From Draconibacterium orientale (GTDB lineage: Bacteria > Bacteroidota > Bacteroidia > Bacteroidales > JAIFNL01): a stretch of 50,922 nucleotides of DNA. Where the stretch lies: contig DZBP01000004.1 in the NCBI GenBank assembly GCA_022729915.1, forward strand, positions 1 through 50,922, given 5' to 3'. The position numbers and the translations under genes were made by a program. The notes under the pieces were generated by a model, which searched no databases, had not been told where the DNA came from, and saw only the letters and a list, made by a program, of their open reading frames with translations. Position 1 is the first letter of the stretch; each line of letters opens with the position of its first letter. Positions 20,841-28,760 of this stretch are shown one piece after another.

Positions 20841-22028
20841 ATGCAACTTTCGATTATAATTGTAAGCTACAACGTACGAAATTTTATAAATTTATGCCTT
20901 TCATCAATTAAAAGTGCAAAGCAAAACATTGAATTAGAAATTATTATAGTTGATAATAATTCAGAAGATGATTCCGTAAATTACATAAAAAAGAATTTTG
21001 GTTGGGTAGAACTCATTGAAAATAAAGAAAATATAGGTTTTTCAAAAGCCAATAATCAAGCAATAAAACAAGCCAAAGGTAAGTACATTCTAATCTTAAA
21101 TCCGGATACAATAATAGAAGAAAATACGTTAGTTGATTGCATCGATTTTATGGAAAAAACGAGCAATTGCGGAGCACTTGGAGTAAAAATGATAGGTTTT
21201 GATGGAAAATTTCAACCAGAATCAAAAAGAGGCTTTCCTACACCAGCAGTTTCGTTTTATAAAATGTTTGGGTTTTCAAAACTATTTCCTAATTCAAAAA
21301 CATTTGGTCGTTATAATTTAAGCTATTTACCTGAAAATGAAATAAATAAAATAGAAATTCTGTCAGGAGCATTTATGTTTGTACGCAAAACAACGTTAGA
21401 AAAATCCGGTTCATTTGACGAAGATTATTTTATGTATGGAGAAGATATCGACTTGTCTTATAGAATTTTGCAAAGTGGTTTTGAAAATTATTATTTTCCA
21501 AAAACAAAAATACTCCATTTTAAAGGAGAAAGTACAAAAAAAAATGAAAGCAAATATATTTATACGTTCTACAATGCAATGAAAATCTTTGCAATAAAGC
21601 ATTTTAACACAAAAGAAACAAGATTTTTTTTAATTTTTATAAAGTTTGCTATAAATTTACGCATTCTTTTATCATTGATTAATTTAAAAATAAAAAAAGC
21701 ATTTCGTCGTCAGAAAAAAGAAAATATGAATCAAAAATCGCTTATAATTTCGGAGAAAATGGAATTAGTAGAAATTAAAGAAGCAATAAATGGCGATTTT
21801 GAAAAACAAAATTATTTACATTTCTCAATTAGCAATTTTGAAGAATTTAACCAAATTGAAACATTAAAAAGAGAAATTATACGTATAAATCCAAAAAAAA
21901 TCATAATTTCGTTCTCAGTACAGAAAAAAATGCTGATAGACATTATTCATTCATTATCAGAAGAATACATAGATATAAAACTTTATATTCCATCTGAAAA
22001 AAAATTTTTTTCAACTAAAAATAAATAA
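20841..22028 (+). CDS. Glycosyltransferase family 2
   Basis: IIIVSYN, VDNNSED, GFSKANN, LNPDT, FMYGEDIDL. Confidence 0.93.
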   Translation: MQLSIIIVSYNVRNFINLCLSSIKSAKQNIELEIIIVDNNSEDDSVNYIKKNFGWVELIENKENIGFSKANNQAIKQAKGKYILILNPDTIIEENTLVDCIDFMEKTSNCGALGVKMIGFDGKFQPESKRGFPTPAVSFYKMFGFSKLFPNSKTFGRYNLSYLPENEINKIEILSGAFMFVRKTTLEKSGSFDEDYFMYGEDIDLSYRILQSGFENYYFPKTKILHFKGESTKKNESKYIYTFYNAMKIFAIKHFNTKETRFFLIFIKFAINLRILLSLINLKIKKAFRRQKKENMNQKSLIISEKMELVEIKEAINGDFEKQNYLHFSISNFEEFNQIETLKREIIRINPKKIIISFSVQKKMLIDIIHSLSEEYIDIKLYIPSEKKFFSTKNK

Positions 22029-22321
22029 AAAGAAAAAAAATTATGAATAATCTACAAATTTATTTATTTTTGTGAAATATTATGCAAAGAGATATTATAG
22101 AGATGTTTTTGAGTAATATTAAGTATTTCATTAATTGTTAATTTTTACGAATAAAAATAAAATTTTATTAACAATTAAAAAATTATTTAACTCATTAATT
22201 GATAACATATTAAAAAGCATTAACGAACGAAAAATAGCAAATTAATTATTTTTTAACTTAAATAATAATATTTAATTTCATATTTTTTTTATAAATTGCG
22301 AAACAAATAAAAATATTTGTT

Positions 22322-22329
22322 TATATTTG
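22322..22329 (+). promoter_or_regulatory. Putative -7 element upstream of the OmpA/PD40 gene
   Basis: TATATTTG, 75 nt before the ATG. Confidence 0.45.
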
Positions 22330-22404
22330 TGTAATCAAAACGAAAAAAAAACAAAAACTATAAATACGAAAAAAATTTAATAAAACTTTATAATCTTTAT
22401 TGTT

Positions 22405-24543
22405 ATGAAAAAATTTTATTTCCTAGTTATTTTAATATTTTTAACGGGGAGTTATAGTATTGCAAATTCAGTGCCCAAAGATACAACAATATCTGCTGAA
22501 AAGCGCTTTGCAAAAGCAGAAAGTTATATTGATGCTGGCAATTTTGAAGAGGCTGTTGTAATGTACGAGAGTTTGTTACGCGAAGATCCGAACAGTGCAA
22601 TATTAAATTTTTATTTAGGTTACTGCTATCTAAATATAACGGATAAAAAAGATAGAGCAGCCAAGTATTTAAAAAAAGCTGTTCAAGACATCCCCGAAGG
22701 TGCCGAAAGCGAAACCTATATTAAAGTAATAGGCAAAACAAAGGAATTAGAGGGAGTACCATTGGAAGCTATGTATTTTCTTGGTAAGGCATACCATGCA
22801 AATTACAAATTTCAAGAAGCTCTTGATGTTTATAACAAATTGTTAGTGAAGCTTCCACCCAAAAGTGAAGATTTCGAGAAGGCAGTAAAACGAGAAATTG
22901 TTTATTGCAAAAATGGTATTGAACTTACCAAGAATCGTGTCGAAATGGAAGTTATACCTTTAACAAACTTAAGCTCGGCTTACAGCGATCACAGCCCCGT
23001 GCTTTCGGCTAATGAAGAAACCTTAATATTTACCAGTTTAAGAGATGGTAATAAAGGTAAAGAGACTGCCGACGGTCAGTGGGCAGAAGATATTTATATT
23101 TCGCAAAAAATTGATGGTGAATGGACAGCTCCAAAACCAATAAGCGAGAATATAAATACTAAAGGAAACGATGCAAGTATTTCGCTTTCTGTTGATGGAA
23201 AACAACTTTTTATCTACAAAGATGCTAGTGGTAATGGAGATATTTATTATTCAGAATCAGAAAATGGTCAAACTTGGTCGAAACCTGAAAAATTGAATGA
23301 AAATATCAACACAAAATATAAAGAAACTCATGCTTCAATTTCGGCAGATGGACAATATTTATATTTTATTAGCGATAGAGACAAACAAAAAGAAGAAGGC
23401 AAGTTGTTCAAACAAAAGATAGGTTTTGGTGGTTTAGATTTATATGTTGCCAAAAGACTTCCTGATGGTACTTGGGCAAAAGCTAAAAACTTAGGCAGTG
23501 TTTTGAATACTAACGAGGACGAAGAAGGTGTTTTTGTTCACCCTAACGGAACGTTATACTTCAGCTCAAAAGCTCACAATAGCATGGGTGGTTACGATAT
23601 TTTCTCTTCTACACAAAATGAAGAAGGTGTATGGAGCAAACCCGTTAATATTGGTTTCCCAATTAATACAACCGATGATGATTTGTATTATGTAGTAAAC
23701 CCTGCAAGCAATACAGCTTATTACGCATCAGCTCAACAAAACGTTAATGCTTTGAACAAAGCTGACCTTTATCAAATAGGTTTTGGTGATGGAAATTTCC
23801 AAAATATAGCTCTATATGAAGGAATCTTGAAACTAGAAAATGATAATCCTCTTGATTCAGGAGTGATATATGTTAGAGACCCTGAAAGTGATGAACTAAT
23901 TGGAACCTTTAGACCTGATAAAACTACAGGTAAATATTTTATGTTGCTAAGCCCAACAAAAGATTATCTAATCAGTTATGAAGAATCAGGTTACGAACCA
24001 GCAGTAGATACTTTGCCAGTAGCTCGCACAAATTCGTTTTTGCAAAAAATGAGTGCCAACGATTTAGGTGTAACAACATTGTACAAACCATCAAAATACG
24101 CAGATTATGCAATTGCAATAAACGATATTATGTTTGAGTTTAACAAATTTGTAATCAATGAAGAATTGAACCCTGGTGTTTTTGAAAGTTTAGATAAATT
24201 TGCAGAATATTTATCAAAAGATAAAAGCTTGAACTTGCAAATTGATGGACACTGTTGTAAAATAGGAACAGAAAAATACAATGTAAAACTTTCTGCTCAA
24301 CGTGCAACTTTCGTAAAAGATTACTTGGTAAAAAAAGGTGTTGATGCTAAAAACATAACCATTAAAGAATTTGGTTATAGCACTCCAATAGCAATAAACC
24401 AAAATTCAGACGGTTCATGGAAAGAAGAATCAATGAAATTTAACCGTAGAATTGAATTCAAAGTTACAGGTGAAAATGCACCAAAAGTAAAAGTTGTAAA
24501 TTTACAAGTACCCGATAAATTCAAAGTAAACAAAGAATTATAA
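22405..24543 (+). CDS. PorE-like protein: TPR + PD40 beta-propeller + carboxypeptidase-regulatory-like + OmpA C-terminal domain
   Basis: TPRs, repeated W..P.N....INT/ISADG blades, GGYDIF, LSAQRA and NRRIEF OmpA motifs. Confidence 0.9.
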   Translation: MKKFYFLVILIFLTGSYSIANSVPKDTTISAEKRFAKAESYIDAGNFEEAVVMYESLLREDPNSAILNFYLGYCYLNITDKKDRAAKYLKKAVQDIPEGAESETYIKVIGKTKELEGVPLEAMYFLGKAYHANYKFQEALDVYNKLLVKLPPKSEDFEKAVKREIVYCKNGIELTKNRVEMEVIPLTNLSSAYSDHSPVLSANEETLIFTSLRDGNKGKETADGQWAEDIYISQKIDGEWTAPKPISENINTKGNDASISLSVDGKQLFIYKDASGNGDIYYSESENGQTWSKPEKLNENINTKYKETHASISADGQYLYFISDRDKQKEEGKLFKQKIGFGGLDLYVAKRLPDGTWAKAKNLGSVLNTNEDEEGVFVHPNGTLYFSSKAHNSMGGYDIFSSTQNEEGVWSKPVNIGFPINTTDDDLYYVVNPASNTAYYASAQQNVNALNKADLYQIGFGDGNFQNIALYEGILKLENDNPLDSGVIYVRDPESDELIGTFRPDKTTGKYFMLLSPTKDYLISYEESGYEPAVDTLPVARTNSFLQKMSANDLGVTTLYKPSKYADYAIAINDIMFEFNKFVINEELNPGVFESLDKFAEYLSKDKSLNLQIDGHCCKIGTEKYNVKLSAQRATFVKDYLVKKGVDAKNITIKEFGYSTPIAINQNSDGSWKEESMKFNRRIEFKVTGENAPKVKVVNLQVPDKFKVNKEL

Positions 24544-24564
24544 GAATCTCTTATACATAAACAT

Positions 24565-24596
24565 AAGCCGACAATGAAAAACATTGTCGGCTTTTT
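24565..24596 (+). terminator. Intrinsic terminator
   Basis: AAGCCGACAATG-aaaaa-CATTGTCGGCTT followed by a T tail. Confidence 0.85.
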
Positions 24597-24608
24597 ATTT
24601 TTAACGTT

Positions 24609-25139
24609 ATGCTTAAAAACAAAAACATAAACTTAAGAGCAGTAGAACCATACGACGTAGAAACGCTTTACAAATGGGAAAATAGCAGTGATTTATGGCG
24701 CATTTCTAACACAACTGTACCAATTTCAAAACACCAATTAACTCAATTTGTACAAGAAGCATCTTTAGGAATATTCGAAACAAAACAATTAAGACTCATT
24801 ATCGATTTTACCGAAACAAAAAAAACTATCGGTTGCATCGATTTATTTGATTTTGACCCATTTCATAAAAGAGCTGGAGTAGGAATCTTAGTTTTCAATA
24901 AAGAAGATAGACAAAAAAGAGCAGCTTTTGATTCTCTTAATTTGTTGATAGATTATGCATTCAATTTTCTGGAATTGCATCAATTGTATTGCAATATTTT
25001 AATAGACAATGAAGCAAGTTTAAACCTTTTCAAAAAAGTAGGTTTTTCAGTAACTGCGCAAAAAAAAGAGTGGTTCTGGACAGGTAAATATTGGCTTGAT
25101 GAATGGTTCTTACAATTATTAAATCCTAATAGAATTTGA
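24609..25139 (+). CDS. GNAT N-acetyltransferase (RimJ/RimL, SpeG-like)
   Basis: LRAVEPYD..LYKWEN, IGCIDLFDFDP, LHQLYCNI, NEASLNLFKKVGF. Confidence 0.9.
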   Translation: MLKNKNINLRAVEPYDVETLYKWENSSDLWRISNTTVPISKHQLTQFVQEASLGIFETKQLRLIIDFTETKKTIGCIDLFDFDPFHKRAGVGILVFNKEDRQKRAAFDSLNLLIDYAFNFLELHQLYCNILIDNEASLNLFKKVGFSVTAQKKEWFWTGKYWLDEWFLQLLNPNRI

Positions 25140-25156
25140 AAAGTACTGATTAAAAA

Positions 25157-25186
25157 AAGTGCATTACCCTTATAGATAATGCACTT
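25157..25186. terminator. Hairpin/terminator between convergent genes
   Basis: AAGTGCATTA-10 nt-TAATGCACTT perfect 10-bp stem, with an A-run on the left (U-tail on the minus strand). Confidence 0.65.
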
Positions 25187-25203
25187 ATAATTAGTAAAGC
25201 AAA

Positions 25204-25881
25204 TTAGATTAAAGCATGCTTGCAAAGTTCAAATAAAGATTCTTTCCATGGCGGTGCTGCTCGCATTACTTTAGGGAAAATTTTGTCGCTATTTTCGATT
25301 ATATCCGGATAAATAGAATGTATTCCATCGACACAATCTTTTAAAAATTGAAGAATTTCTTCTTCATTTTCAAATGATTTTATTTCAGCATACCTTCCTA
25401 TTTCAATTCCTTTACCGTCTCTTTCGAGCGTGAAGTAATCTTTTTCTGGAGTATTTGACCAATTTTTTAATTTATCTCTAAAAAAACTGAGGTATTGATT
25501 TCTTACTTCTGTCTGCTCTCCATCGGTTCTTATAAGAACATTCATGCCTATTTTTTCGTACAAATTAATATCGGAATTATAAAAAAAGCCAATATTAAAC
25601 CCAAAAACATAGCCCAAGTTTTCAGTAGAAAACCCTAATCCATAAAAAAACCAGTCTTTAGAGGATTTCTTGTGAGTATATTTTCCTAATTTATCGTTAA
25701 AATATTTCTTCACATCTTGTAAAATAGTTCTAATTTTTTCCTCAGAAACTCTGAATTTCAAACCAGAAAGCATTTTCCTCAATTCACTTCTCAATTTTTG
25801 AGAGTCTTCTTCAGAAAGTTGTAAAACTAAATCTGCAATTTGTTGATATGTAAGGGATATTTGAAAATTTGATTTTTCCAT
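25204..25881 (-). CDS. Hypothetical protein, paralogue of 25985-26659
   Basis: Long ORF sharing LGKYTHxKSSxDW, NLGYxFGxNxGFF and RAAPxW with its neighbour; start taken at MEKS. Confidence 0.8.
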   Translation of the reverse strand: MEKSNFQISLTYQQIADLVLQLSEEDSQKLRSELRKMLSGLKFRVSEEKIRTILQDVKKYFNDKLGKYTHKKSSKDWFFYGLGFSTENLGYVFGFNIGFFYNSDINLYEKIGMNVLIRTDGEQTEVRNQYLSFFRDKLKNWSNTPEKDYFTLERDGKGIEIGRYAEIKSFENEEEILQFLKDCVDGIHSIYPDIIENSDKIFPKVMRAAPPWKESLFELCKHALI

Positions 25882-25984
25882 AACATTATTTTTTATCAAT
25901 TTTCACTTTTATAAGTACTAATGAAATACATATTGATATAATAATCTATATTTTATACAATCTATCTATATAAAAAAACATTAG

Positions 25985-26659
25985 TTATTCTAAATTTTCT
26001 TTACAGATATCTACAAAAAGTTCGTCCCATTTTGGTGCAGCTCTAACTACGCCTTCAAACAAACCTGCATTTTCGATAATTGTTGGATAAATTTGGTGGA
26101 ACTTCAATATGCAATCTTGTATATAATCTACAATCGCATTGGGGGAATTAAAATCTTCTATTTTTTTATACCGTGCAACCTCTACACCTTCATCTCCACG
26201 GGCAGGATAAGAATATATTTTTTCATTTTGGTTTGCCCAATCGGCAAGATTAGCTCTAAAAAAATTTAAAATTTTATTTCTAAATTCATTTTCACCTCCG
26301 TTGGAACGTACTAAAATATTCATTCCGGCATAATTAAACATGGTTTGGTCATTTTTTTTAAAAAAACCTACATTGATGCCAAAAATATAGCCCAAGTTTT
26401 TCTTAGTAAAGGCAAAACCAACAAAAGACCAGTCAGTTGAAGATTTTTGATGTGTATATTTTCCTAATTTATGACTTAAAAATGGTCTAACTATTCGCAA
26501 AATATTTTTGATTTTATCTTCATTCAAAGTAACTTTTAATCGATTATTCGTATCATCAACTTCTTCCAAAATTTTTTCTTTATCAGAATCTGGCAACTGA
26601 GAAACAAGTTGTAAAACGGTATTATAATCAACATTCAATTGATAATCTTCTTGATTCAT
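25985..26659 (-). CDS. Hypothetical protein, paralogue of 25204-25881
   Basis: Same shared motifs; start taken at MNQED. Confidence 0.8.
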   Translation of the reverse strand: MNQEDYQLNVDYNTVLQLVSQLPDSDKEKILEEVDDTNNRLKVTLNEDKIKNILRIVRPFLSHKLGKYTHQKSSTDWSFVGFAFTKKNLGYIFGINVGFFKKNDQTMFNYAGMNILVRSNGGENEFRNKILNFFRANLADWANQNEKIYSYPARGDEGVEVARYKKIEDFNSPNAIVDYIQDCILKFHQIYPTIIENAGLFEGVVRAAPKWDELFVDICKENLE

Positions 26660-26857
26660 TTTATACTTTTTAAAAAAGAAATTAAACAAATAAATAAAGC
26701 ATATAAAAAAACTTTTTAATTCTGAAATAGAATGTCAGTAGCTCATATGTGAGCAAATAATTGCTATAATCTAGTTAAAAAAAAGCTGTTAGTTTGTGTT
26801 TTTGCAAAGCTGTTTCTTTATAAAATTTTAGAAAAAAGATTATAAAACATCAGCACA

Positions 26858-26888
26858 CAAATATACTAAATTTTTAACGAATATCAAT
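26858..26888 (-). promoter_or_regulatory. Putative sigma-A promoter for the paralogue pair
   Basis: Minus strand ATTG, 19-nt spacer, TATATTTG. Confidence 0.5.
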
Positions 26889-27030
26889 ACATATTTTACA
26901 TTCTTTTTTTTTTTATAACTAAAAAAGGTTTAAAAATATTAAACAGCTAAAAAAAACTGTAAACATTTTTAAACCTAATATAATAATTTTACTCAGACTT
27001 CCATAAAAAATGGTTTTAGAGCTAAAAGTC

Positions 27031-28443
27031 TTATTTAACGTGATCCATCTCTACAATCATTGCAACAACAGTTTTTGATTTCGATTTTGCTTCGAAAGAA
27101 ATAACGCTACCTTCAGAATAATCAATTTCTTCGTTGTTGAATAATTTTGTACCCAAAGCACCTTTTATACGTTCGGCAAATGTTCCGTAACCCGATTCCA
27201 CATCGCCTATAATCTGATAGAAATCAAGAGGTTCTGTTGAATACAGCACACACATATAGTCCGTACCAACGGTATTATCCATTTGAATGTAATGCTGCTC
27301 GTCGGGCAAAGCCACTTCGTTGTCAGTATAGTTTAATGCCGGACTAATTAGTTTGTCATATGGAAACACTGGAAAGATTTTTTGTGTAGCGTCAGTTCCC
27401 AATGCATAAACGTAGGCAGGTTCAGAATTTCGGATAAAAATACGGAAACGAGTTCCTGATTTGTACGAATCTTTCATTTTGAAAACATTGCCTTTTCTAG
27501 TAGCATTCATAGAAACTCCGGTTCCAAGTTCGTAACGAATAGCACCTTTTAGCGATTTTTCTTCTGTTACTACTTTATGTGGGTATCCGCTAGCCATATT
27601 TCCGATTATTTCGTATGCATACTTAGTAAAATCGGCAAAAGTAGAATATTTTATCCAAATATATCCATTATTGCCCCACTCTACTCCCCAAGAGTTTTGT
27701 ATTAAAAATGAACCTCCGGCTTTGTTGTCATCGTAACCTACTACACACATTGCGTGCCCACCGTAGTCGCCAAGGTGAGTTTCGGTGGGTTCCCAAACAT
27801 CTACCGCTTGGTAAAAAGAGTTTGGAACTAGCATTCCGATAACTACCGGATTGTTTTCAGAAAGACTTTTTTTAACAGCCTGAATTTTAAATGCATTTCC
27901 ATCGGTAAGTCCAAAAAGTTTAGCATAATCGGTAATCCGATAATTTTTGGCAGTTGAAAGTAAAGTGCTGTTGATGTTATCGGGACAATTAATGCTCAAA
28001 TCAGAATATCTAACAGCACCTACTGTTTTTAGAATGTTCAAAGCATCGCTCAACGACGACCCCCAAGCACAACTTGCATCACCGTCATCTTTAATGTGTT
28101 TGTAAAGAAATCCGGGAGAAAAGGCATTTTCTGTAATTTTTGCTTTGTCGGTCAAATTTAGCGTTTTGGCTTCAACAATTGTAAGTGCGCAATAAGCACT
28201 AGCCCAACCAACGCAAGTAGAATAACTTCCTTGGCTTAAAGGTGAAGGAGTATAATCAACGAGCGATGCACTTGAAGGCAAACTATTTCCGTACATACTT
28301 CGCACCAAAGGTGCTTTCATTTGAGTGGATTGATAGCCTGTATCGTCATATTTCAAACCTCTTTTGTATTTAGTAGTATCTTTTTGAGCAAAAGAAACGC
28401 TAAAAAGCAAGAGTAGCATCAATAATATGCTAATTTTTTTCAT
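27031..28443 (-). CDS. Secreted papain-like C1 cysteine peptidase with C-terminal DUF4384-like domain
   Basis: SQGSYSTCVGWA (Gln/Cys), GGHAMCVVGY (His), QNSWG (Asn); C-terminal YKSGTRFRIFIRN..AYVY..FP; signal peptide. Confidence 0.9.
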   Translation of the reverse strand: MKKISILLMLLLLFSVSFAQKDTTKYKRGLKYDDTGYQSTQMKAPLVRSMYGNSLPSSASLVDYTPSPLSQGSYSTCVGWASAYCALTIVEAKTLNLTDKAKITENAFSPGFLYKHIKDDGDASCAWGSSLSDALNILKTVGAVRYSDLSINCPDNINSTLLSTAKNYRITDYAKLFGLTDGNAFKIQAVKKSLSENNPVVIGMLVPNSFYQAVDVWEPTETHLGDYGGHAMCVVGYDDNKAGGSFLIQNSWGVEWGNNGYIWIKYSTFADFTKYAYEIIGNMASGYPHKVVTEEKSLKGAIRYELGTGVSMNATRKGNVFKMKDSYKSGTRFRIFIRNSEPAYVYALGTDATQKIFPVFPYDKLISPALNYTDNEVALPDEQHYIQMDNTVGTDYMCVLYSTEPLDFYQIIGDVESGYGTFAERIKGALGTKLFNNEEIDYSEGSVISFEAKSKSKTVVAMIVEMDHVK

Positions 28444-28475
28444 TTTATATGTTTTTAATTTTTTTTAAGTAAAGT

Positions 28476-28748
28476 AAAAATCAATGGTTTTGATGTTTAT
28501 AAATAGTTTCCTAAAAATAGTGTTAGAAATAAAATGCTGTCATTTTGAAAAAAAATCAAAATTTCAATCCGCCTAACCGAGTTTTTTTAGTCTGATAAAT
28601 AAGCACTTACAAGTTTATCGGACAAGCGGTTGTAACCGTTTTTTGGGTCATTTTCTTTTTCTTACACTAAGCTATTAACAAAAATGCTTGTTCTAAATTT
28701 AAGAACGTACTGTTAGTTAAAGCTAAATTTCATAAACCATTGATTTTT
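28476..28748. repeat. Perfect 15-bp inverted repeat pair bounding the intergenic region
   Basis: AAAAATCAATGGTTT (28476-28490) and AAACCATTGATTTTT (28734-28748). Confidence 0.7.
28518..28669. mobile_element. MITE-like non-coding element with terminal inverted repeats
   Basis: Left end TAGTGTTAGAAA vs right end (reverse complement) TAGTGTAAGAAA, 11/12 identical; internal dyad TCTGATAAA...TTTATCGGA; no ORF. Confidence 0.5.
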
Positions 28749-28760
28749 TTAAAAATTTAT

